A stretch of 64,000 nucleotides of DNA from Rhodocyclaceae bacterium. GTDB taxonomy: Bacteria; Pseudomonadota; Gammaproteobacteria; Burkholderiales; Rhodocyclaceae. The notes under the pieces were generated by a model. It was not told where the DNA came from. It saw only the letters and a list, made by a program, of their open reading frames with translations, and searched no databases. Shown here piece by piece: positions 54,189 through 63,643 of this stretch. The stretch's first letter is position 1; each line of letters opens with the position of its first letter. The position numbers were made by a program, and so were the translations under genes. The stretch is from contig JAJVIJ010000013.1 of assembly GCA_022072095.1 (NCBI GenBank), positions 109,273-173,272 on the forward strand, written 5' to 3'.

Positions 54189-55726
54189 GCGCACGCGGTG
54201 GGCTGTGGCACTGGCTGGTGTTGGTCTTGCCGCTGGCAAGTTTTCTGCCATGGCTCGGCACGCCGCCGCTGTTCGACGTCGATGAAGGCGCGTTCGCGGA
54301 AGCCACGCGCGAGATGTTCGAGCGCGGCGACTTCCTGTTCACCTATCTGAACGGCTCGCCGCGCTTTGACAAGCCTATCCTGAGCTACTGGCTCCAAGCC
54401 TTGTTCGTTGCGCTGCTGGGTCCCAACGAATGGGCCTTCCGCATGCCGTCCGCGCTCGCGGCTTGCGCGTGGTCCTGGGCGGTCTGGCAATTCGCCAAGA
54501 CGTATTTTTCCGAAGACACCGCGAATCTGGCACTGGCCATCACGGCGACCGCGATCGGCCCCTTCCTGATCGGTCGCGCGGCGACCGCCGACGCCTTGCT
54601 CAATCTCTGGCTCGCGCTCGCCTGCTTCGATGCCTGGCGTCATGTCAATGGTGGCGGCAAGGCACCGCTGCGGCGCTGTTACCTCTGGGTCGGCCTCGGG
54701 TTGCTGACCAAGGGCCCGGTGGCCGCGCTCATCCCGATCGCCGTCACGCTGATGTACGCGCTGAGCACGCGGACGAGCGCCTCCATCAAGATCTGGCTTG
54801 CCGCGATCCGTGACCCCGTGGGTTGGCTGATCCTGCTCGCCGTCGCCGCCCCCTGGTATGGGTTCGCCTGGCAGCGTCATGGCATGGATTTCATCCGCGG
54901 ATTCCTGCTGCATCACAACCTGTCGCGCTTTTCCGGCCCGCTCGAAGGCCATGGTGGCGGCCTGTTCTACTACCTGATCGTGATTCCGCTGCTGCTCATG
55001 CCCTGGAGCGGGTTGTTGGTCCCCATGCTAGCCCGTTTGCGACATGATCTGCGCGATGCGCTCACCCGCTTTCTGTGGCTATGGGTCGGCTTCGTATTCG
55101 TGTTTTTCACGCTGTCCGGAACGAAGCTGCCGCACTACGCACTGTACGGGACGACACCCTTGTTCCTGCTGCTCGCCCGACGGACGAACGCGCACCATGG
55201 CCTGTGGTCGCTCGTGACGCTCGCGCTGCCGGCGCTCTGGCTGCTGGTGCTGGCCTTGCTGCCGTCGATCATCACCGTGCTGACAGCGCAGGTTTCCGGC
55301 TACTACCAAGCCCAGTTCGCGCGGGCCGCCCATCAGCTCGCGCCTGGCTACTACCCAATGACACTGGGCGCCCTCGCCGTCTATTTCGTGATCGCCAACC
55401 GCAAGGCCTGGCCGATCGGTCGCAGGCTTGCAGGCGGAGCGGCTTTATCCTCCCTCACGCTGGCGGCAGTCGTCGCACCATGGATCGGCGATGTGCTGCA
55501 GGGCCCGGTCAAGACGGCCGGACTCCGGGCGCGCTTGCAGCCCGCCGTGCTTTGGAACTTCGGCGCGCCCAGCTTCAGCGTATACCGTCAAGCGGTAACG
55601 CCCGTGCGTCCGCCACAGCCCGGCGAACTCGCACTGACTCGTAGCGATCGCCTCGATGCCGAAGCCTTGCGGCAAGTCGAGATCGTCTATCAGGCCGGCG
55701 GTGTGGTGTTGGTCAGACGTCGATGA
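54185..55726 (+). CDS. GT-C glycosyltransferase, ArnT-like (family 83/39)
   Basis: 513 aa polytopic protein. The N-terminal loop PLFDVDEGAFAEATREMFERGDF..RFDKPILSYW aligns by eye with the ArnT loop PLFQTDEARYAEIPREM..GDW..YFEKP..YW. Confidence 0.85.
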   Translation: MSARGGLWHWLVLVLPLASFLPWLGTPPLFDVDEGAFAEATREMFERGDFLFTYLNGSPRFDKPILSYWLQALFVALLGPNEWAFRMPSALAACAWSWAVWQFAKTYFSEDTANLALAITATAIGPFLIGRAATADALLNLWLALACFDAWRHVNGGGKAPLRRCYLWVGLGLLTKGPVAALIPIAVTLMYALSTRTSASIKIWLAAIRDPVGWLILLAVAAPWYGFAWQRHGMDFIRGFLLHHNLSRFSGPLEGHGGGLFYYLIVIPLLLMPWSGLLVPMLARLRHDLRDALTRFLWLWVGFVFVFFTLSGTKLPHYALYGTTPLFLLLARRTNAHHGLWSLVTLALPALWLLVLALLPSIITVLTAQVSGYYQAQFARAAHQLAPGYYPMTLGALAVYFVIANRKAWPIGRRLAGGAALSSLTLAAVVAPWIGDVLQGPVKTAGLRARLQPAVLWNFGAPSFSVYRQAVTPVRPPQPGELALTRSDRLDAEALRQVEIVYQAGGVVLVRRR

Positions 55727-57165
55727 GCCGGCGTACGGCCTGGGCGCTGCTCATGTCATTCGCAGCGGCCGTGACCCTGTACCGGATCTGGCTGGTCGGG
55801 CATCTGGGCATCGATCTTTACGTCGACGAAGCCTACTACTGGTCCTGGTCGAAGGCGCTGGACTGGGGCTATTACTCCAAGCCGCCCGCCATCGCCGCGG
55901 CCATCGCGATGTCGACCGCTCTGTTCGGCGACACCGCACTCGCAGTCAAGGCTCCCGCGTTCCTGCTCTACCCGGCCACCGCACTGGTGCTGGCCGGGAT
56001 CGCACAAAGCCTGTTTGGCCACCGGGCGGCGCTGGCGGCCGGCGTGATGTTCCTGTCGCTGCCGATCGTTGGCGCGCTCGCGCTGTTCGTCTCGACCGAC
56101 GCGCTGCTGATGTTCTTCTGGGCCGCGGCCATGGCCTGCTTTCTGCATGCGCTCGCACACGGCCGCTGGTCGTCATGGCTGGCAACCGGCGTACTGGTCG
56201 GCCTGGGCCTGCTCAGCAAGTACACGATGGCGATCTTTCTGCCGTCGGCACTGCTCGGCATGCTCTGGGTCCCGGCCTACCGCCGTCAGCTGGCGACGTG
56301 CAAGCCATGGCTGGCGGCATTGGTCGCCATCGCGTTGCTTGCCCCCAATCTCCATTGGAATGCCCGGCATGGCTTTCCAACCTTTGCCCACACCGCCGAC
56401 ATCACGCATCTGGGCCAGCCCGGCGGTGCGGGCAGCGCTCCGCTCAGGTATGTCCTTGAGCAATGGCTCGCGTTCGGGCCGCTGCTCGCGCCCTTGCTGG
56501 TCTGGGCGCTGCTGCGCAATCGACCGATCTGGGCGGACCCGCGCATTCGGATGCTGGTTGCCATGTCATTGCCGCTGCTCGGTCTCGTCGCCGTGCAGGC
56601 GCTGCGCGCCGAAGTCAACGGCAATTGGGCCGCCCCCGCCCTGCTGGCGCTCGTCGTCATCGCGGCGGGACGCATTCCGGGACGTTGGCTCGCCCCGGCG
56701 ATCGCGCTCAATCTCATGGCTGCGGCCGCGCTCCATCACTGGCCGGATCTGGCCCCGGCTCTCGGCAGACCTCTCGACGCGCACAACGACCCGTACAAGC
56801 GCGCACGTGGCTGGCGGGATTTCGGCGAGGCCGTGGCGCATTACCTGCGCGCCCATCCGCAAGCCACCGTGCTCGCCAGCGACCGTGAACTGCTGGCGGA
56901 AACCTTGTTCTACGCCCGCCCGCAGGCGATCGCCGCCTGGCGCCCGCAGGCGCACTCCGCCGATCACTACCAGCTGGTCGCCGCACTCGATGCTCCGCGC
57001 ACCGGCGATTTCCTGCTCTTGGCGCGCGGTCCTGACAACGATGCGATCACCCGTCACTTCCGCAGCAGTCAGTCGCTCGCTCAGGTCCGCATCCGCGTTC
57101 ATGCGGATCTCGAACGCACGGCGCATATCTTTCTGTTGCGCGACTTCAAAGGCTATTCGCCATGA
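55723..57165 (+). CDS. GT-C glycosyltransferase, PMT_2/family 39-like (second, divergent paralogue)
   Basis: 480 aa polytopic protein with the motif DLYVDEAYYWSWSKALDWGYYSKPP, typical of the bacterial PMT_2/ArnT-related family. The C-terminal soluble region is about 130 aa. It is clearly different in sequence from the 54185 protein. Confidence 0.8.
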   Translation: MSRRTAWALLMSFAAAVTLYRIWLVGHLGIDLYVDEAYYWSWSKALDWGYYSKPPAIAAAIAMSTALFGDTALAVKAPAFLLYPATALVLAGIAQSLFGHRAALAAGVMFLSLPIVGALALFVSTDALLMFFWAAAMACFLHALAHGRWSSWLATGVLVGLGLLSKYTMAIFLPSALLGMLWVPAYRRQLATCKPWLAALVAIALLAPNLHWNARHGFPTFAHTADITHLGQPGGAGSAPLRYVLEQWLAFGPLLAPLLVWALLRNRPIWADPRIRMLVAMSLPLLGLVAVQALRAEVNGNWAAPALLALVVIAAGRIPGRWLAPAIALNLMAAAALHHWPDLAPALGRPLDAHNDPYKRARGWRDFGEAVAHYLRAHPQATVLASDRELLAETLFYARPQAIAAWRPQAHSADHYQLVAALDAPRTGDFLLLARGPDNDAITRHFRSSQSLAQVRIRVHADLERTAHIFLLRDFKGYSP

Positions 57166-57833
57166 ACATCGAGAGGATCGTGTTGATCGCGGCCGTTGCG
57201 GCCGGCCTGCTGTTCACGCTGCTGCCACAAATCGACCTCGCGCTGACCAGCCTGTTCTTCACCCCTGGACGTGGCTTTCCGGCAAACGACTCGTCCTGGG
57301 TCATCGCGATCTATCGCGGCGTGCCGATCGCGACGCGCGTCCTCGTCGTGGGTCTCGCCATCGGACTGATCGCGAGCCTGATCACGAGCCTGGTCCGGCG
57401 CTCGGCGGCAACCCGGACACGATGCGTACAGCTCGCGTTTCTGCTCACCGCGATCGCGCTCGGACCGGGACTCATCATCGACGCCGGCCTGAAAGATCAC
57501 TGGGGGCGTGCCCGCCCGGCTCAGGTGCAGGAGTTCGGCGGCGCACGCCGGTTCACACCGGCATTGCAGCCGGCAAACGAGTGTCCCGACAATTGTTCCT
57601 TCGTCAGCGGGCACGCGGCCTTCGGCTATCAGCTGATCGCGCTGGCCTATCTGGGCGATGCGCGTCGGCGCCGCCGCTGGCTGCTCATCGCATTGCTGGC
57701 CGGATCCTCGCTGGGCCTGCTGCGCATTGCGCAAGGCGCGCATTTCCTGTCCGACATCGTGTTCAGCTTCTTCTTCACCTGGCTGGGAAGCTGGACTGCC
57801 TATCTGATCTGGCGGCGCGCTCTCGTCAAATGA
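57162..57833 (+). CDS. PAP2-superfamily membrane phosphatase (LpxE-like candidate)
   Basis: 223 aa with LKDHWGRARP, CSFVSGH and LRIAQGAHFLSD motifs. It is the last gene of the overlapping chain. Confidence 0.8.
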   Translation: MNIERIVLIAAVAAGLLFTLLPQIDLALTSLFFTPGRGFPANDSSWVIAIYRGVPIATRVLVVGLAIGLIASLITSLVRRSAATRTRCVQLAFLLTAIALGPGLIIDAGLKDHWGRARPAQVQEFGGARRFTPALQPANECPDNCSFVSGHAAFGYQLIALAYLGDARRRRRWLLIALLAGSSLGLLRIAQGAHFLSDIVFSFFFTWLGSWTAYLIWRRALVK

Positions 57834-58716
57834 ACACGCCGGACGAATCACGCCGGCCGCGCGCGGAAAAAAACTCGATCAGGTGCCGATTCACCTGTTC
57901 GGGCTGCTCGAACGCGACCCAATGGCTGGCGTCCGGCACGATATGGCAATCCAGACGCGGCGCGTTGGCCCTGAGGTAGGCCGCCCGCGCCGCGGCATCG
58001 GGCTGGGGCAAGGGGTCGCGTTCGCCCAGCACGGCCAGTACCGGACAGCGCGTCTCGCGCAGACTCGGCGCCAGCGTGTCGCGATAGCCGAGAAAGCGCG
58101 ACTTGAAGCGCGTCAGGCTGTGATTGCGACGCTGCATCGCGACCGTCAACGCGTCGATGCGGCGCGGGTCACCCACCATCATCAACTCAAGATTACGGCG
58201 ATGCACCGCATTCTCCTCATCGTCGGAGGCCCCCTTCGGGACGGACTTCAGTGCCGGTCGCGCCCAGCTTCCGGGAGAGAAGCCACCGGGACCGAGCAGG
58301 CCGATGCCGGACACACGCTCGGGCCACTGCGCTGCCAGCCAGGCGGTCACCACCGCACCGAAGGAAAAACCGGCCACCATGAACGGCTCGTCCACTGCTA
58401 GCAGCCCCCCCTCCAGAGCCGCAAGCAGATAGCGACCGTAGCCGTCGAGATCGATATCCAGCGGCACGTCCAGCGACTCGCCCATGCCGGGCAAGTCGGG
58501 CACGACCAGGCGGAAGTGGCGTGCCAGCGCATCGATGTTGCGCACCCAGTGCGTCCATGAGCCGGTTCCTCCGTGCAACAGCAGCAGGGTCGGCCCGCGA
58601 CCCATTTCACGCGCGATGACGCCGGCAGCATGTCGCGTCTCGATCGCGAGACCGGGAAACAAAGTGCGGGGCTCGATAGCGGGGAGCGGTTCAGGCAAGG
58701 GCGTATGCGGGTTCAT
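57826..58716 (-). CDS. Alpha/beta-fold hydrolase
   Basis: 296 aa with the HGG oxyanion motif (LLLLHGGTGSW), the nucleophile elbow GFSFG and a C-terminal His context (DASHW). No signal peptide is visible. Confidence 0.8.
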   Translation of the reverse strand: MNPHTPLPEPLPAIEPRTLFPGLAIETRHAAGVIAREMGRGPTLLLLHGGTGSWTHWVRNIDALARHFRLVVPDLPGMGESLDVPLDIDLDGYGRYLLAALEGGLLAVDEPFMVAGFSFGAVVTAWLAAQWPERVSGIGLLGPGGFSPGSWARPALKSVPKGASDDEENAVHRRNLELMMVGDPRRIDALTVAMQRRNHSLTRFKSRFLGYRDTLAPSLRETRCPVLAVLGERDPLPQPDAAARAAYLRANAPRLDCHIVPDASHWVAFEQPEQVNRHLIEFFSARGRRDSSGVFI

Positions 58717-58788
58717 GGCGGCACTCGGAAACGCAGAAAGAACGAGATCGTCCGTGGATGCGCAGTCGTGAACTTTCGGCGCAGGCGA

Positions 58789-59565
58789 TTAGGCATTGCG
58801 AAAATTCGGCGGTCGCTTCTCCAGAAACGCGGCCATGCCCTCCTGCTTGTCGGCGAGGCCGAACGCGGCATGAAAACTGCGTCGCTCGAACAGCAAGCCC
58901 TCGGCCAGCGGAACCTCGAAGGCACGCTGGATCGATTCCTTGATCATCATGACGACGGGCAGCGAAAACCCGGCCATCGTCCGTGCCGCGGACAGCGCTT
59001 CATCGAGCAGGCGCTCGCGAGGGATGACCCTGGACACCAGCCCGGCCCGCTCCGCCTCCTGCGCGTCCATCATGCGCGCGGTCAGACACATGTCCATCGC
59101 TTTCGCCTTGCCGACGGCTCGCGGCAGGCGCTGGGTGCCGCCCGCCCCGGGCAATATTCCCAACTTCACCTCCGGCTGCCCGAACTGGGCATTGTCGGCG
59201 GCAAAGATCATGTCGCACATCATCGCCAGTTCGCAGCCCCCACCCAGTGCGAAGCCCGCCACCGCGGCGATCAGCGGCTTGCGGAACTCGCGCACGCGGT
59301 CCCAGTTGCGGCTGATCAGGTTGCCCTGGTAGGCGTCCATCCAGCCCAGGTCCTTCATGCCGGCAATATCGGCTCCGGCCGCGAACGCCTTGTCCGATCC
59401 GGTCAGCACCACAGCGCCGATACCGGCATCCCGGTCGAACGCGGTCAGCGCTTCGGCCAGCTCATCCATCAACACATCGGACAGCGCATTCAGCTGTTTC
59501 GGTCGATTCAGCGTGATGAGACCCACTTTGTCGCGGGTCTCGACGATCAGGCAGGTGAAGTTCAT
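58789..59565 (-). CDS. Enoyl-CoA hydratase (crotonase family)
   Basis: 258 aa with [16 protein letters not shown] and [15 protein letters not shown] motifs. Its ATG overlaps the lptA stop. Confidence 0.92.
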   Translation of the reverse strand: MNFTCLIVETRDKVGLITLNRPKQLNALSDVLMDELAEALTAFDRDAGIGAVVLTGSDKAFAAGADIAGMKDLGWMDAYQGNLISRNWDRVREFRKPLIAAVAGFALGGGCELAMMCDMIFAADNAQFGQPEVKLGILPGAGGTQRLPRAVGKAKAMDMCLTARMMDAQEAERAGLVSRVIPRERLLDEALSAARTMAGFSLPVVMMIKESIQRAFEVPLAEGLLFERRSFHAAFGLADKQEGMAAFLEKRPPNFRNA

Positions 59566-60191
59566 GGCTGCGCTCCAGGCGTGACGGGGGAAGCGAGTTC
59601 TCGGGATGGCTTGAGCTGCCCGCCGGCCGGTGCCGCTGTCGGCGCGATCGGGCCGTCCTTGCGTTTGGGCTGGATCAGCGCACGCACCCGGTTTCCCGCG
59701 CCGGCGCGCGGAACCGTGGTCGCATTCGGCCCGTTGGTGACGACGTAGTTTTCGGTGATGCCGTCATACTCGATGTATTGACCCCGCACTTCGTCGTCGC
59801 CGTTCCGCACCCAGGCGCGGTCGAAAAAGCGCGCAAGCTCGGTCTTGGCATCGTGCTCGATGCGCTCGGCTTCGCCTTCGAACCAGATGTCCTTGCCCTC
59901 GCGCTTCTGGCGAAAGCGCGCGAGACTGTTCGCACTGCCGTAGGCGACTCCGCGCTGGTAACCCTCGGCGTCCTGGGTGATGACGATCTTGTCGCCACGT
60001 ATCGTCAGTGTGCCCTGGGTCATGGTCACCCGTCCCTCGAATACCTGGATCTTGTTGCGGTCGTCGACCGTCACCTTGTCGGCCTCCAGATTGACGGGCT
60101 TGTCGCGATCCGCGCGCTCGGCGAAGGCCGTGACCGCAAACCCCAGACACAGCATTCCCAGACAGCCTTTCAGTACGATTCGATCGATCAT
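59562..60191 (-). CDS. lptA: LPS transport periplasmic protein LptA
   Basis: 209 aa with a signal peptide and OstA-like repeats (PVNLEADKVTVDDRNKIQVFEGRVTMTQGTLTIRGDKIVI). It follows lptC with a 4-nt overlap. Confidence 0.87.
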   Translation of the reverse strand: MIDRIVLKGCLGMLCLGFAVTAFAERADRDKPVNLEADKVTVDDRNKIQVFEGRVTMTQGTLTIRGDKIVITQDAEGYQRGVAYGSANSLARFRQKREGKDIWFEGEAERIEHDAKTELARFFDRAWVRNGDDEVRGQYIEYDGITENYVVTNGPNATTVPRAGAGNRVRALIQPKRKDGPIAPTAAPAGGQLKPSRELASPVTPGAQP

Positions 60192-60769
60192 GACTTCTTG
60201 CGCTCTATGGTTGCCTGCACGTTATTCAGAAAACGAAATTCGCCTTTCAGATTGTCTGCGACCATACCCTCGGCCGAACCATGCGAGTTGCCTTCGACAA
60301 AACGGACCGGCGCATCGGTGCGTGCGAGCTCATCATCGGGAAACACGGTCAGCCGCTCGGTCGTGAGGCGGAACTCGGCACGCTCGCCCCTGGCTTCACG
60401 GACGACGAGCACATCGCCGTGCAAACGGACCTCGACACCGTCAGCCGAGACCCAGGCCGCGCGCGCGCTGATGCGTGTGGGCCGATCCGGACGCACATAG
60501 CGCAACTGAGGCGATTCCAACTCGGTGCTGTCGTCGTCCGGGAAATGCGTCATGGCCCGGGCGTTGAGCCGATAGCGCAGCGCCCCGGATTGGTCATAGC
60601 GTTCGAGCATCATATTCTTCGCGATGAAGTCCGGGTCGTGCCGGTGTGCCCCCTTGCTGGCGACGCCATCGAAGTCGACGACCTTTTGCAGCCAGTAAGT
60701 CGCCAGCGCCAGAACCCCGACGATCAGCAAGGGGAACAGGCCGGAGGCCGATGCCCTCACTCGAGCCAT
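60188..60769 (-). CDS. lptC: LPS export system protein LptC
   Basis: Track ORF trimmed to MARVRASASGLFPLLIVGVLALATYWL (TM anchor), followed by a beta-jellyroll-type sequence. It lies between kdsC and lptA. Confidence 0.82.
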   Translation of the reverse strand: MARVRASASGLFPLLIVGVLALATYWLQKVVDFDGVASKGAHRHDPDFIAKNMMLERYDQSGALRYRLNARAMTHFPDDDSTELESPQLRYVRPDRPTRISARAAWVSADGVEVRLHGDVLVVREARGERAEFRLTTERLTVFPDDELARTDAPVRFVEGNSHGSAEGMVADNLKGEFRFLNNVQATIERKKS

Positions 60770-61281
60770 GGTGCCAGCACCGCGTCGAGGCGTCCTTGCG
60801 CCAGTAATATGGCTTCGCAGATCTCGCGTACCGCACCGCGCCCACCCGAACGGTTGGCGACCATGCCGGCGCGCGCGCGCACGAGTGGATGGGCATCGGC
60901 CGGACATGCACAGAACCCGCAGGCCCGCATGACGGGAAGGTCGACCACATCGTCACCCATATAGCCACACTCCCGCAAGCTCACGCCCGCCTCTTCGGCC
61001 AGCTCGGCCAGCGCACGAACCTTGTCGGCCACACCTTGACGCACAAACCTGATGCCCAGTTCGTCGGCGCGAATGCGCACGGCTTCCGAGACCCGTCCGG
61101 TCACGATCGCCACCTCGATGCCACCCGCGCCGAGCAGCTTGAGGCCGTGGCCATCCAGCGTATGGAATGCCTTGTAGGTGTCGCCGGCGGGTCCGAACCA
61201 CAACGTGCCATCCGTCAGCACGCCGTCCACATCGAACGCCATCAGGCGCACCGCATCCATGCCGGCAAGCTTGCCGCTCAA
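60757..61281 (-). CDS. kdsC: 3-deoxy-D-manno-octulosonate 8-phosphate phosphatase
   Basis: 174 aa HAD protein (LMAFDVDGVLTDG .. GDDVVDLP), upstream of lptC. Confidence 0.9.
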   Translation of the reverse strand: MSGKLAGMDAVRLMAFDVDGVLTDGTLWFGPAGDTYKAFHTLDGHGLKLLGAGGIEVAIVTGRVSEAVRIRADELGIRFVRQGVADKVRALAELAEEAGVSLRECGYMGDDVVDLPVMRACGFCACPADAHPLVRARAGMVANRSGGRGAVREICEAILLAQGRLDAVLAPWLE

Positions 61282-61437
61282 CGCTCGCGCCCACTCGATT
61301 CGAGCCGCAGCACGGGCGATGTGTGACCGCGATCCAGTCCGGCAAAGGTCTTGTGCAAGGGCTCTGCAAAGCCAGATTTACGAACGGTTATCATCGGCAA
61401 CGAGTGTAGCAGAGCCCCAGACGCCGCCCCCAGTGCC

Positions 61438-63414
61438 ATGACCGACGCCATCACGCAAATCCTGCTCCTCCTGCTCGCGGCGGTCATCTCGGTCGGCTAT
61501 CTCCATCGGCTCGGCATGCCACCGATACTCGGCTACCTCTTCCTGGGGGTCGTCCTCGGCCCCCACGCCCTCGCGCTGATGGCCGACTCGCCCGCCGCCC
61601 ACTATGCGGCGGAGGTCGGCATCGTCTTTCTGATGTTCTCGATCGGGCTGGAATTCTCGCTGCCCAAACTCTATGCGATGCGGCGCCTGGTGTTCGGCCT
61701 GGGGCTCGCCCAGGTCGTGCTGACGCTGGCCGGCGCCACACTGAGCGCACTGATGATCGGGCTGGACTGGCGCACCGCGGTCACGATCGGCGCCGTGCTG
61801 TCGATGAGCTCGACCGCGGTGCTGTCCAAGCTGCTCGCGGAACGGACCGAGCTGGACGCACCGCATGGTCGCGCAGTCATGGGCGTGTTGCTGTTTCAGG
61901 ATCTGGCAGTCGTCCCCATGCTCGTCCTGATTCCGTCCATGGGCCTGAGTGCCGAGCGCCTGGTGCTCGAACTGCTGGCGGCGGGGCTCAAGGCGGGCAT
62001 CGCACTGATCATCATCTTGTATCTCGGCCCGAAGCTGATGCAACGCTGGTTTTTTCTGGTCGCCAGACGTCGCTCGGCGGAGCTCTTCATGCTCAATGTC
62101 CTGCTCGTGGTGCTGGGCCTGTCCTGGGTGACCGAACGAGCCGGCCTGTCTCTGGCGCTGGGCGCCTTCCTGGCCGGCATGCTGTTGTCCGAAACCGATT
62201 ACCGCTACCGCGTAGAGGAAGACATCAAGCCGTTTCGGGACGTCTTGATGGGCCTGTTCTTCGTCACCGTCGGCATGCGGCTCGACTTGCGTCTGGTGGT
62301 TGCGGAACTGCCGGCCGTCCTGGGCACGCTGATCGCTCTGCTCGTCGGAAAATTCCTGCTGATCACCGGCCTGTCCAAAGTGTTCGGCGAAACGGGGGGC
62401 ACCGCGATCCGTACCGGAGTCTGGCTGGCGGCGGGCGGCGAATTCGGCTTCGTGCTGCTGTCGCTTGCCGGGCAGGCCGAATTGCTGCCACCAGCGATCA
62501 TGCAGGTCGTGCTGACCGCGCTGATCCTGTCGCTGTTGATGGCACCGATCCTCGCCCAGTATGCCGACCATATCGCCTTGCGTCTGCTGCCCTCGGAGTG
62601 GCTGATGCGCTCGATGCAACTGACCTCGATCGCGGCGGGGTCGATGGATATCGATCGCCATGCGATCCTGTGCGGCTTCGGACGCAATGGCCAGTACCTC
62701 GGACGGCTGCTGGAGCAGGAAGGCATACGCTACATCGCGCTCGACCTCGATCCGGACAGGGTGCGCGAGGCCGCCGCCGCTGGCGAGACGGTCGTCTATG
62801 GCGATGCCGCGAAGCGCGCAGCCTTGATCGCAGCCGGCATCCATCGCGCCGCCGTCGTCGTCGTCACCTACGCCGACACCACCTCCGCGCTGCGTGTGCT
62901 GCATCAGGTGCATGAACTGCGGCCGGAGGTCCCGGTCATCGTGCGCCTGCGCGATGAACGCGACATGGATCGCATCCTGCAGGCCGGCGCGGCCGAAGCG
63001 GTGCCCGAAGCGATCGAGTCCTCCATGATGCTGGCCTCCCATGCGCTGCTGCTCTCCGGGCTACCGTTAAGCCGCGTGGTGCGCCGCATACAGCAGGTCC
63101 GCGGCATGCGCTATCACCTGTTGCGTGGCATCTACCAAGGCGCGGAACAACTGCTGGAAGAAGCACTGGGACAACATCAGCACAAGCGACTGCACTCGGT
63201 CCCGCTGAACGAACACGCGCAAGCGGTCGATCATTGCCTCTCGGCGTTCGAGTTGGGCGCCATCGATGTCGAAGTGACGGCGATCCGGCGAGGCAAGGTC
63301 CGCATCATGGCTCCGGGCGCGGATTTTCGCCTGGGTGCGGGTGATGTCGTCGTCCTGCTCGGTGAGCCGGCGGAGCTGGCTGTTGCCGAGGCCCGGCTGC
63401 TGCGCGGTCTGTGA
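61438..63414 (+). CDS. CPA2-family monovalent cation:proton antiporter with RCK (TrkA-N/TrkA-C) domains, KefB/YbaL-like
   Basis: Track ORF trimmed to MTDAITQILLLLLAAVISVGYLHRLGMPPILGYLFLGVVLGP. It has about 12 TM helices, then a Rossmann-type segment ILCGFGRNGQYLG, then a TrkA-C-like end. Confidence 0.88.
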   Translation: MTDAITQILLLLLAAVISVGYLHRLGMPPILGYLFLGVVLGPHALALMADSPAAHYAAEVGIVFLMFSIGLEFSLPKLYAMRRLVFGLGLAQVVLTLAGATLSALMIGLDWRTAVTIGAVLSMSSTAVLSKLLAERTELDAPHGRAVMGVLLFQDLAVVPMLVLIPSMGLSAERLVLELLAAGLKAGIALIIILYLGPKLMQRWFFLVARRRSAELFMLNVLLVVLGLSWVTERAGLSLALGAFLAGMLLSETDYRYRVEEDIKPFRDVLMGLFFVTVGMRLDLRLVVAELPAVLGTLIALLVGKFLLITGLSKVFGETGGTAIRTGVWLAAGGEFGFVLLSLAGQAELLPPAIMQVVLTALILSLLMAPILAQYADHIALRLLPSEWLMRSMQLTSIAAGSMDIDRHAILCGFGRNGQYLGRLLEQEGIRYIALDLDPDRVREAAAAGETVVYGDAAKRAALIAAGIHRAAVVVVTYADTTSALRVLHQVHELRPEVPVIVRLRDERDMDRILQAGAAEAVPEAIESSMMLASHALLLSGLPLSRVVRRIQQVRGMRYHLLRGIYQGAEQLLEEALGQHQHKRLHSVPLNEHAQAVDHCLSAFELGAIDVEVTAIRRGKVRIMAPGADFRLGAGDVVVLLGEPAELAVAEARLLRGL

Positions 63415-63643
63415 CGGGTCCACGCTGAATCGGTCCGCGGCACGAAAACAGGCTCGACAGCCGCTCCGCGATGTTTGTTGAACCAACCGACTTTTTTCGC
63501 TACCCTGCACGCCCGCGACGCAATGTCTGGACATGGCCCGTTTTCTTGAGCACGCTTGCGCCGCCTAGCTCGCTTTCAACCCCGGCACCGGGCCGAGTGA
63601 TCGCTGGGGAATGAATGCGTTTTTTCAGTACAAGGAGAACTGG

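Noticed and set aside
56147-57979. 610-aa plus-strand ORF in an alternative frame across the second GT-C and second PAP2 genes. A similar case is 51152..52192 (346 aa) across the first PAP2 gene.
   Set aside because: The translations are extremely Arg/Pro/Ala/Ser-rich, with no TM helices or motifs. The other frame encodes proteins with complete family motifs and clean ATGA coupling.
61378-63042. 554-aa minus-strand ORF.
   Set aside because: It is antisense to the CPA2 antiporter gene. Its His/Gln/Arg/Asp-rich low-complexity translation has no membrane or enzyme signature.
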